A program made the position numbers and the translations under genes. A DNA stretch of 24,652 nt from a virus. Its lineage: Duplodnaviria > Caudoviricetes. Location: the IMG/VR virus record IMGVR_UViG_3300033565_000054, positions 1 through 24,652 of that record; one strand, given 5' to 3'. Below, piece by piece: positions 1 to 8,063 of the stretch; within the stretch, counting starts at the first letter, position 1, and every line of letters starts with the position of its first letter. The notes under the pieces are model-generated. The model was not told the origin of the DNA and ran no database searches. It worked only from the letters and a program-made list of their open reading frames with translations.

Positions 1-13
1 CCCATGGATTCGC

Positions 14-19
14 TATAAT
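14..19 (+). promoter_or_regulatory. Putative sigma70/SigA -10 box of the tRNA promoter
   Basis: Perfect TATAAT 13 nt upstream of the tRNA 5' end; the -35 box would lie outside the window. Confidence 0.6.
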
Positions 20-32
20 AGTACTTGCCCTT

Positions 33-120
33 GGAGGATTGGCCGAGCGGTTTAAGGCACCATCTTGGAAAGGTGGCGAAGTGCAAGCTTCCGTGAGTTC
101 GAATCTCATGTCCTCCGCCA
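33..120 (+). tRNA. tRNA-Ser (anticodon GGA)
   Basis: Cloverleaf folds by hand: acceptor GGAGGAT/GTCCTCC, D-arm GCCGAGCGGTTTAAGGC, anticodon stem CCATC/GGTGG with loop TT-GGA-AA (anticodon 67-69), long variable arm GAAGT-GCAA-GCTTC, T-loop TTCGAAT, discriminator G and encoded CCA (118-120). Confidence 0.96.
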
Positions 121-129
121 TAGGTAATC

Positions 130-154
130 AAACCCGCATTTTATGCGGGTTTTT
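130..154 (+). terminator. Rho-independent terminator after the tRNA (may also stop the convergent hsd transcript)
   Basis: AAACCCGCAT-TTT-ATGCGGGTTT perfect 10-bp stem with a T run (150-154), located between the convergent tRNA and hsdS. Confidence 0.8.
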
Positions 155-170
155 GCATCTTTTTATTATG

Positions 171-192
171 AATGACCATACAATGACCATAC
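171..192. repeat. Tandem 11-bp direct repeat AATGACCATAC x2 (possible integrase arm-type binding sites)
   Basis: Exact duplication seen at 171-181 and 182-192, about 50 bp inside the tRNA 3' end. The arm-site role is inference. Confidence 0.6.
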
Positions 193-211
193 AAATCAAT
201 ATTTCTTTTTA

Positions 212-1594
212 CTAAATTGTATATTCAATAAGTTTATTGCAGATTTGAAAAATGAAGTTCGATTTTGTAACGATTCGATTCTGTTCTTCAATTGGCGGAA
301 TTGGGATAATCAAGTTAAGAATATCTTCTCTAGAAATTCCGGGAATCATGCTTCTTGAAGTATCATTTAGATGCTTTGCATAATATTCAACAACTAATTT
401 AATGTAACTTTTCGAGACAATTTCTCCGAACCTAACTGCCATTATTTGACGAGCAATATGAATATTCCCAATCTCGTTGAAAATTGTTAAACCTATGGTT
501 CCTTTACAAGTTATTAGTAAATCACCTTTTTTTGAGATTACAGAAGGTTCATCTGTCCATCTATTGATTAATATTCTACTATTCTCAATATTACTCGCAC
601 CTGTAATATAAGGTATTCCATTCTGTACGTCATTAAATTTCTCAGTCTCTAAATCTCGACCGGATATAAGCGTAATTATTGTACCCAGTCTAAGCCATTC
701 CCATTCTTTGGGTATTTCGAAAGGAAAATCAGTAGCCTTTATTCCCAACATTGGTTTATCCCTTTTTATAGCACCCTCGCTTATAGCTTTACTTTTTTCC
801 TTCTCAATTCTTTTAATCAATAATTGTACTGGCTCATCGGTAGGATCTTGCTCTACAAGCTTTCCTTGAATTGCTAATTCTCGAATCTTATTTCGTGATA
901 ATCTGGCTAATGCGATAATTGAATGTTTCTTCTCCTCAAATCTATCACATACATCAAAAAGCTCCTCAATTTTTGCAACAATGCGTTCTTGTTCACTAAA
1001 TGGAGGTAACGGTACTAGTAAGTTTAGAATGTCTACTCTTGAAATACCAGGAATCATGCTTTTAGCTGATTTAACAATTAATTCAAAATTGCTATCTAAT
1101 ACAAGTTTTATATATTCTCTTGATAAAAAGTTCCCAACTCTTACAGACATGAATTGTCTAGCAATATGTACATTCCCAATATCATTGAGTATAGTTAGGC
1201 CAATAGTTCCTTTACAGCTAATTAATATATCCCCTCTAATTGATATTACTGATGGACTTTGGGTCCATCTATTTACTTGTATCTTGTCAGATACTATATT
1301 ACTTGCTCCAGTAATGTATGGGATACCCTCACCATCTTCATTGTAGAAAGTAGTTTCTAAATCACGACCGGAGATCAATGTGATTATATCTCCCAATCTC
1401 ACCAATTTCCATTTATCTGGAACAACTACTTGAGACTCTATCTTTAAAAGTTTCTCCTTTTTTGTTTTAACTCCCTTTTCGTTAATTATCTTCTCAAAAA
1501 GTAATTCTGCGGATTCATCACTAGAGTTTTGACTTGCAAGTTTACCTTGAATTGCAAGTCTAAGCAATTTAGCTTTGATTTGATGAATATTCAT
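212..1594 (-). CDS. hsdS: Type I restriction-modification specificity subunit HsdS (460 aa, two closely related TRDs)
   Basis: Repeated conserved regions LAIQGKL and P(L/I)PPxxEQxRIV flanking two TRDs that begin (V/I)PxxWxxxRLG; start overlaps the hsdM stop (TAATG). Confidence 0.95.
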   Translation of the reverse strand: MNIHQIKAKLLRLAIQGKLASQNSSDESAELLFEKIINEKGVKTKKEKLLKIESQVVVPDKWKLVRLGDIITLISGRDLETTFYNEDGEGIPYITGASNIVSDKIQVNRWTQSPSVISIRGDILISCKGTIGLTILNDIGNVHIARQFMSVRVGNFLSREYIKLVLDSNFELIVKSAKSMIPGISRVDILNLLVPLPPFSEQERIVAKIEELFDVCDRFEEKKHSIIALARLSRNKIRELAIQGKLVEQDPTDEPVQLLIKRIEKEKSKAISEGAIKRDKPMLGIKATDFPFEIPKEWEWLRLGTIITLISGRDLETEKFNDVQNGIPYITGASNIENSRILINRWTDEPSVISKKGDLLITCKGTIGLTIFNEIGNIHIARQIMAVRFGEIVSKSYIKLVVEYYAKHLNDTSRSMIPGISREDILNLIIPIPPIEEQNRIVTKSNFIFQICNKLIEYTI

Positions 1595-3045
1595 TATTCA
1601 TTAACCTGGCGCGAAAAATCTTTAAGTTTACCAAGAAGATTCAGCATTTCATTTCCATCGTTTATCATTTTATCAACTAGTTCATTTAATGTATAATCCT
1701 GACTCTCTACGAAAAGCTTTGGGTTTTTATTATCAAGGTTATAATTATTAGATATAATTTCTTGTATTGTGATCGAGTGTGAAAAGACACATTCTTCGTC
1801 TCGGTGATCCCACCAAATTTTTACCGGTTCAAGATGCTCATTCTTGAGCTGTTTTTTCTTTGAGAACGACTTATAATCCTCCGGCAATGGAATAGTGTAA
1901 TAGTCAATTTTCTGAGTACTTTGTCCTTTTTCAAAGAAAAGCAAATTCGTAGTTATAGGTGTGTATGGAGCAAACACTCCTGCTGGAAGTCTAATAATAG
2001 TATGTAAGTTACACTCTCCAAGCAATTTCTTCTTAATTGCGACTTTCGCATTATCGTTCCCAAATAAAAATCCATCTGGCAATACTATACCACATCGCCC
2101 ATTTTCTTTTAGTCGATACGAAATCTCTGCCATAAAAAGATCTGCAGTTTCTGATGTTTGAAATTGGGCAGGAAAATTTGATCGAATCGCTTCCTCTTCA
2201 TTTCCTCCATATGGAGGGTTCATCAGAATAACATCAAACTTGTCATTATCATTATAATCTCTAACATTTTTCTCAAGCGAATTCCCATGAATAACATTTG
2301 GCTCATCTATATCATGCAGGAGCATGTTAGTCATACACAATAAATAAGGCAAAGCTTTTTTCTCAACTCCATGTAGAGAACCTTGAATCTGCATCCGATC
2401 CGCAATAGACTTAGCTTGTTCTTCAAGGTGTTTCTGAGAAGTAGTTAAGAATCCACCTGTCCCACAAGCGAAATCAGCAATACTTTCGCCAAGTTGTGGA
2501 TTAATGCGATCAACAATAAATTCAGTGATCGGTCTTGGTGTATAGAATTCCCCGGCATTTCCTGCAGATTGTAAGTCCTTCAGAATTGTCTCGTAGATAT
2601 CATTAAATGCATGCCGCGATCGATAATCTTTGAAATCTACATCATTAATCTTGTTGATGACTTGACGCAATAAAACACCATTTTTCATATAGTTGTGCGC
2701 ATCTTCAAAAGCGAACTTAACAATAGATTGTCTTCTTGGTGTTGCTTCATCAACAGACAAAGATTTTAGCGCTGGAAATAATTCTGAGTTAATAAAGGTC
2801 AATAACGTCTCACCTGTCATCGCTTTTCCATCGAGTTCATCATTGGCCCAGTTGCGCCAGCGAAGTGGTTCCGGAATAATTGACAAATAATCTTGTTCAT
2901 AGATTTCCCAAAGTGATTCTTTTGCGTCGTAGATTTTTAGAAACAAAATCCATACTATTTGTGCAATTCGTTGTGCATCACCATCAACACCGGCATCTTG
3001 CCGCATTATTTTCTGAAGACTCTTAACTAAATTTTCAATACTCAT
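1594..3045 (-). CDS. hsdM: Type I R-M N6-adenine methyltransferase HsdM (483 aa)
   Basis: GEFYTPR, SAM-binding DFACGTGGFL, catalytic NPPY; RBS AGGAGG upstream; lies between hsdR and hsdS. Confidence 0.96.
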   Translation of the reverse strand: MSIENLVKSLQKIMRQDAGVDGDAQRIAQIVWILFLKIYDAKESLWEIYEQDYLSIIPEPLRWRNWANDELDGKAMTGETLLTFINSELFPALKSLSVDEATPRRQSIVKFAFEDAHNYMKNGVLLRQVINKINDVDFKDYRSRHAFNDIYETILKDLQSAGNAGEFYTPRPITEFIVDRINPQLGESIADFACGTGGFLTTSQKHLEEQAKSIADRMQIQGSLHGVEKKALPYLLCMTNMLLHDIDEPNVIHGNSLEKNVRDYNDNDKFDVILMNPPYGGNEEEAIRSNFPAQFQTSETADLFMAEISYRLKENGRCGIVLPDGFLFGNDNAKVAIKKKLLGECNLHTIIRLPAGVFAPYTPITTNLLFFEKGQSTQKIDYYTIPLPEDYKSFSKKKQLKNEHLEPVKIWWDHRDEECVFSHSITIQEIISNNYNLDNKNPKLFVESQDYTLNELVDKMINDGNEMLNLLGKLKDFSRQVNE

Positions 3046-3057
3046 ATAGTTTCCCTC

Positions 3058-5355
3058 CTACGCATACAAGCGTTCTTCAATATCATTCAAAACTGCTAAA
3101 TAGTTTGCTCTTCCGCCAAACAATTGAACAATTTCAAATGTCCCGCCAAACTCTATAAATTCTCTTGTTTCAAGCAATCTTAAATCTTCAAACTCAAAAA
3201 CTCCATATTCCACATATTTATCAAGTAATTTCTTGATAATTTGAGATTTAGGTTGACTGAATTGGCTCAAAATTCCTAATTGCATTATTTTTTTAACTCG
3301 CTCTTCCCGAGTCATTGGTTGTAAATCAAAGCCTAAGTTACCAATCAGGTCGTATTCGTCTATGTCCTCCTCTAAGCGATTCTTGATATGATCAATAAAT
3401 ACTCCTTCATTTTCTAATTTTTCCTTTATTTCAGATTTGTTAGAGTTTAACCATTGTTTAGCAAAAGTAGCAAAGTCTGGATAGATTCGCTTAAGATTTC
3501 TTTTTGAATACTCAAAAATTGATTCATTTACAAGTTTTCCGTCACCATCATAAAATTGTACAGTCTCATTTATAACGGACACCTCAACTCCTTGGACATA
3601 GATCTTCTGAGTTGGTATATGCCCTTCACCACCACTTCTTGCTTCCTCGGGGACTTCTACATCATCCGGTTCATTAATTGGTTTGCCTGTTGGATCTTCA
3701 TAAATAACTTCTGGATCACCATCAAATGCTGGATCTGAAAATTTCTTGTAATTTGAGCGGAAATCCATTATTGTGAAGTGCAATTTCCCCTTATCTTCGC
3801 GAATACGGGTTCCGCGACCAATTATTTGTTTGAACTCAGTCATGCTACCTATTTCACGATCGAGAACTATAAGCTTGCATGTTTGCGCATCAACACCCGT
3901 ACTCAATAGTCGGCTAGTTGTGGCAATTACAGGATATTTCGCATTTACATCAATAAAATTGTCCAATTGCATTTTCCCATCAAAATCATTCCCCGTAATC
4001 CTCATAACGTAATTTGGCTCTTCTTGTACAAGATCCGCATTCTCATTCGCTAAAGCAATTCTCATTCGTAAAGCATGTTCAGTATCTACACAGAAAACGA
4101 TCGATTTCGCAAACCGATCAGTCTTCTTTAAATAATCACTTATATTCTTAGCCACCTCTTTTGTTCTTTCATCAATGACAATAGTACGGTCAAAATCTCT
4201 TTGAACAAACTCTTTGTCTTCGATAATCTCACCATCAACATCAGTCTTTCCTGCTTCTGGTCGGTATCCCTCTAAATCAACGTTTAGCCCGACTCTGTAT
4301 AGCTTATAGGGAGCTAGAAAGCCATCATCTATTCCTTGCTTGAGAGAGTAAGTGTAAATTGGTTCTCCGAAATAACTGATGTTCGAAATATCTTCAGTTT
4401 CTTTGGGTGTCGCAGTTAACCCAATTTGAGTCGAGTTACTATAATAATTAAGAATCTCATGCCACCTTGATGCCTCATCCGCCGAAGACCGATGGCATTC
4501 ATCCACAATTACTAAATCAAAGAAGTCAGGACTAAATTGTCTAAATATTTCGATATCAGAACTGCTCAGCTGATGATAAAGTGACAAATAAATCTCATAA
4601 GAAGAATCCATGTTTCGATTCTCAATTTTTGTCATAACACCTTGAAACGGTTTAAAATCATTCGTTCTAGTTTGATCCACCAAGATATTGCGATCTGCTA
4701 GGTACAATACTTTTCTCTTAACGCCTGCTTTCCATAAGCGATAAATGATTTGAAAAACAGTATAAGTCTTCCCTGTTCCAGTTGCCATAACAAGTAAAAT
4801 TCTATTCTGCCCTTTCGAGACAGCTTCAATAGTCCGATTTATGGCAATACGTTGATAATATCTTGGGCTCTTACTAGTATCTGCAAAATAATATGGTTGC
4901 AAAATAACTTTCTCCTGTTGAGTATCAAGATTTTTTGCATTTACATATCTTTGCCATAAATCTGTGGGATTTGGAAATTGTTCAAGAGTAAGTAAGGTGG
5001 TTTTCCCGGTAGTTGTGTCAAATTCAGCAAATCCATCCCCATTCGACGCATAAATAAAAGGTATATCTAACTTCTTGCCATATTCAATAGCTTGCTGGAG
5101 TCCATGTGCAATTGGAACTTTGTTATCTTTTGCTTCCACAACAGCAAGAGGTATATTATTACGATAGAAAAGTGCATAATCTGCAAATTTTCGTTCTCCC
5201 CTCTTTTTTCCAATAATCGAAACACGACCATCAGTAAACTTATATTCCATCCTAATTTGGTTTTTTGCCCAACCAGCATTTTCAATAGCTGGAGTAATAA
5301 GACGGTGTTTCACTTCTTCTTCAGAGAGTTTTTTCAAGTCTTCGTTCATATCCAT
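3058..5355 (-). CDS. hsdR: Type I R-M restriction subunit HsdR, short EcoAI/type IB-like (about 765 aa)
   Basis: Nuclease motif AD-YALF...VEAKD, Walker A ATGTGKT, DECH, TATP, QIIGRGTR. Start moved from GTG 5394 to ATG 5355 (or 5349), downstream of an AGGGGG RBS. Confidence 0.95.
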   Translation of the reverse strand: MDMNEDLKKLSEEEVKHRLITPAIENAGWAKNQIRMEYKFTDGRVSIIGKKRGERKFADYALFYRNNIPLAVVEAKDNKVPIAHGLQQAIEYGKKLDIPFIYASNGDGFAEFDTTTGKTTLLTLEQFPNPTDLWQRYVNAKNLDTQQEKVILQPYYFADTSKSPRYYQRIAINRTIEAVSKGQNRILLVMATGTGKTYTVFQIIYRLWKAGVKRKVLYLADRNILVDQTRTNDFKPFQGVMTKIENRNMDSSYEIYLSLYHQLSSSDIEIFRQFSPDFFDLVIVDECHRSSADEASRWHEILNYYSNSTQIGLTATPKETEDISNISYFGEPIYTYSLKQGIDDGFLAPYKLYRVGLNVDLEGYRPEAGKTDVDGEIIEDKEFVQRDFDRTIVIDERTKEVAKNISDYLKKTDRFAKSIVFCVDTEHALRMRIALANENADLVQEEPNYVMRITGNDFDGKMQLDNFIDVNAKYPVIATTSRLLSTGVDAQTCKLIVLDREIGSMTEFKQIIGRGTRIREDKGKLHFTIMDFRSNYKKFSDPAFDGDPEVIYEDPTGKPINEPDDVEVPEEARSGGEGHIPTQKIYVQGVEVSVINETVQFYDGDGKLVNESIFEYSKRNLKRIYPDFATFAKQWLNSNKSEIKEKLENEGVFIDHIKNRLEEDIDEYDLIGNLGFDLQPMTREERVKKIMQLGILSQFSQPKSQIIKKLLDKYVEYGVFEFEDLRLLETREFIEFGGTFEIVQLFGGRANYLAVLNDIEERLYA

Positions 5356-5423
5356 CGTGCCCCCTATTGAAATTCCATGTTTCTGATAAATCACTTCAAG
5401 ACACAGTTATAATTTTACTTTTA

Positions 5424-5726
5424 TTAATCGTCGATGTACTTTGAACTGAAACTATCAAACTTTGCCTCAATCTTCTGTTTTACTTCAGTTTTCTTTGACA
5501 AGAGTGTCTTAAAACTCGCAAGAATATTCTCATATATTATTTTTTCAGCACCATTAACTATGTTGTTGACACCATTAATTTCTGTGAATTCAAATTCAAT
5601 ATTCTCTTTAATTATTAAGGTAATTATTTCTTTTAAATCATCTCTATTCAAGTCAATGATCGGAAGTTGGTTTATTCCATCTTTGGAATAATACCCACTA
5701 TTATTTGATATCTCTAAGATTTTCAT
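5424..5726 (-). CDS. Hypothetical 100-aa protein, overlapping partner of the PHP-ATPase
   Basis: ATG with a GAGGGG RBS lying inside the upstream gene, 26-nt overlap with it, same low-GC composition, predicted helical C-terminus. No recognisable motif. Confidence 0.8.
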   Translation of the reverse strand: MKILEISNNSGYYSKDGINQLPIIDLNRDDLKEIITLIIKENIEFEFTEINGVNNIVNGAEKIIYENILASFKTLLSKKTEVKQKIEAKFDSFSSKYIDD

Positions 5727-7713
5727 AAATGTCCCCTCTTTCCTTATATGAAGAAATTCCTGCTTCCATTGTATCCATTAATGTTTTGTAGCTTCCAATT
5801 TCTTTACCACTTGTGGATTTAAATGCACTTGATGTTAATGATCCTGTATAAACTGAGTAATCACCATTACTTTCTTCGGTATAGATGATTTTATCAGGGT
5901 CTAGCAGTATACCTAATGTGTGATTATGCGTTACTAGAAATACTGTGGTTTTCTGTGCTAAATTTTTTATGAGTTGTCTGATATTATCCCTTAGGAATAA
6001 ATTGTCAAAAGAAGACTCAGGTTCATCTATCAATACAATTTCGAATTTCGAGGCATCATAAAGTTCACTGAATAGAACGTATTCTGCTCTCTCACCTCCA
6101 GAAATACTATTTCCATTCTTGTTTAGGGTTTTGAACTCAATATCAAATATTGCATTACTGATCACATCGGATGAGAGACCAAGTTTTGATAATTCCTTTA
6201 TATAATTATACGGAACTCCATAACATGCAAATGCTTCCTGCATTGTTAATTTTTGATATCCAATTCTCGACTTTACCGAAGTTATATTTAAGAAAGGCTT
6301 TCTTGTAGCTGTTAAAGTAAATCTGTACATATCATCATGAAGGACGATTTTTTGTGATTTGGATATATTACACTTAACATTAAACTCGTCAATTGAACAA
6401 AAATCTTCAGCAATTGAAACAAAATTTATATCATCTACAGGTGTTAACGCCGAACTTTGAGCAAGTATAGTTTTGATTTGTTTTATTGCTTTATTTGAAA
6501 AATCAATAATTTCGTTTTCTAGCTCTTCAGCCTTACCGATTTCGATTAAACTTATCAACAAGCTTTTCAAACTAGATATGGAGACATGCTCTTCAATAAT
6601 CTTCTTGTACGATTTTGAACTTAACAATGTACTAACACTTGAAATCAATGAGTTTATTTCGCTCATATCTTTTCTTTCAAACAGTTGTGAGTTGAACAAC
6701 TTACATTTCGAATATATATCCTGATTACTAGATTTTTCGGCATAATCTTTTAAAGAGATTAAGTAATCATCGAGCTTCTTCATGTCAGCTAAATAATCAA
6801 TCTCTATGACTTTCTCAATAGTATCCTTCAGTTCTTTTAAATAACGATCTAGAAATTTAGAACTATACGACGTAATTAGCTTACTAAACTCATTTTCTTC
6901 AGCCAACTTTACAATAGAAAACTGTTCGATATATTTTACTTCTTGGGTATTGTATGCAGATTTGATTGTCTTCAAAATATATGTTTTTCCGGATGATCTC
7001 TTTCCAACAATTACGTTTAGTCCGGTGGAACCTACTGTACCATCTGGCAAGAAAACAAATTCATTCTCGGTTTGGCTCTCTGTTATGGCAAGATTCTTTC
7101 TGTTACGCAACGCAATTTTTAATGAACCTAATGTAATATTATCACAGTTGATATATGTCAAATTTGTTGGATATGTTTCAAGTGTGTCTGCGATTCTTGA
7201 ATCACTAAAAATAACAGGAGTAAGTTCATTTTCTTTTTTTATTGTACTAAACCATTTCTTCGCACTTGAAACTTCTCCAACAAAAATATTATCTCCAAAC
7301 TTACTCAATAGTACTGAAGAAATTGAAGGGTGCTTCTTGTAGTGCGGAATGATGAGATATTTTCGATAATTCGAAAAAATCTGAATAAATTCTTCAAAAC
7401 TAACTGAGTTTCTTCCTGCCATTATGTTACATAAGGCCAGACACTCATTCTTAAAATCATCAATTATGTCATCAGAAGCAATCACAAGAATATGTGAATC
7501 TTCAATATCTACCTCTACACCTGGAAGGACTACAATATTGATAGATTTTTGAATTACCCTATAATTCTCAAAATCAAAAATATTGTGATTTGTTATTGCG
7601 ATACAATCAAGCTTTAGATTATTAATATATGACCTTAATTTCTCGATGCTAAATATGAATGCTGGTTCGCTTCCTGATGATACGGTATGTATATGCAAAT
7701 CAATTTTTTTCAT
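5701..7713 (-). CDS. PHP-domain + ABC/Rad50-like ATPase fusion (Ppl/TrlF-like putative anti-phage protein, 670 aa)
   Basis: N-terminal PHP motifs IDLHIHT, IAITNHN, LPGVEVD, HILV, IIPHY, FSDSR; Walker A GKRSSGKT; long helical insert; ABC signature ISGGE; Walker B LIDEPE; H-loop VTHN; GGGGAG RBS. Confidence 0.85.
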   Translation of the reverse strand: MKKIDLHIHTVSSGSEPAFIFSIEKLRSYINNLKLDCIAITNHNIFDFENYRVIQKSINIVVLPGVEVDIEDSHILVIASDDIIDDFKNECLALCNIMAGRNSVSFEEFIQIFSNYRKYLIIPHYKKHPSISSVLLSKFGDNIFVGEVSSAKKWFSTIKKENELTPVIFSDSRIADTLETYPTNLTYINCDNITLGSLKIALRNRKNLAITESQTENEFVFLPDGTVGSTGLNVIVGKRSSGKTYILKTIKSAYNTQEVKYIEQFSIVKLAEENEFSKLITSYSSKFLDRYLKELKDTIEKVIEIDYLADMKKLDDYLISLKDYAEKSSNQDIYSKCKLFNSQLFERKDMSEINSLISSVSTLLSSKSYKKIIEEHVSISSLKSLLISLIEIGKAEELENEIIDFSNKAIKQIKTILAQSSALTPVDDINFVSIAEDFCSIDEFNVKCNISKSQKIVLHDDMYRFTLTATRKPFLNITSVKSRIGYQKLTMQEAFACYGVPYNYIKELSKLGLSSDVISNAIFDIEFKTLNKNGNSISGGERAEYVLFSELYDASKFEIVLIDEPESSFDNLFLRDNIRQLIKNLAQKTTVFLVTHNHTLGILLDPDKIIYTEESNGDYSVYTGSLTSSAFKSTSGKEIGSYKTLMDTMEAGISSYKERGDIYENLRDIK

Positions 7714-7770
7714 TGGCTCCCCCCATTTGAAGAAATTTATGATCTCACTTTTTGTGAATATACTAGTTTA

Positions 7771-7779
7771 ATTATATCA
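7771..7779 (-). promoter_or_regulatory. Extended -10 promoter (TGaTATAAT) for the defence cassette
   Basis: Minus strand reads TGATATAAT about 58 nt upstream of the PHP-ATPase ATG and just downstream of the phage late terminator. No consensus -35 at 17-bp spacing. Confidence 0.55.
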
Positions 7780-7872
7780 TTCAAATTCGAACAGATTCGC
7801 GTCAATTTCTCTATCTTTAGGATTATTTCAACTTATCAATACCGAATTGAACAACTGTACATTTTCCTGGAC

Positions 7873-7900
7873 AAAAAAAACAGCTGCTATCGCAACTGTT
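7873..7900 (-). terminator. Rho-independent terminator ending the phage late/lysis transcript
   Basis: Minus strand AACAGTTGC-GATA-GCAGCTG followed by TTTTTTTT. Confidence 0.8.
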
Positions 7901-8010
7901 CAGCTTATATACAGAATCTCGATTTGCTCTTGATAGAGTTTTAAGATTTCACTTTTCGCAATCTCTCTCTCAAGTTCGCATAAACAATGCATCCAGAATG
8001 ACAGGACCAT
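7900..8010 (-). CDS. Small 36-aa ORF (MVLSFWMHCLCELEREIAKSEILKLYQEQIEILYIS), not in the ORF track
   Basis: Perfect SD AGGAGGTGA (8015-8023) with AGGAGG 7 nt before the ATG; the stop abuts the terminator stem. Confidence 0.5.
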   Translation of the reverse strand: MVLSFWMHCLCELEREIAKSEILKLYQEQIEILYIS

Positions 8011-8063
8011 TTCTTCACCTCCTGCTACTCTTCTTCGCAACATTAGATGATGTTCCTTAAATA

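Noticed and set aside
212-1594. Phase-variable hsdS shufflon
   Set aside because: Only one hsdS is present, with no silent TRD cassettes, flanking inverted repeats, recombinase or simple-sequence tract that I can see.
5701-7713. PrrC/RloC anticodon nuclease, or housekeeping histidinol phosphatase/SbcC
   Set aside because: No C-terminal HEPN domain (the protein ends shortly after the H-loop), no CxxC zinc hook, and the PHP-ATPase fusion and prophage context do not fit the housekeeping enzymes.
7745-7805. TTGACG as a -35 box, and TCAC-N5-GTGA as an operator upstream of the defence cassette
   Set aside because: TTGACG is 23 nt from TATAAT, which is too far. The 4-bp palindrome is expected by chance and no regulator gene is nearby.
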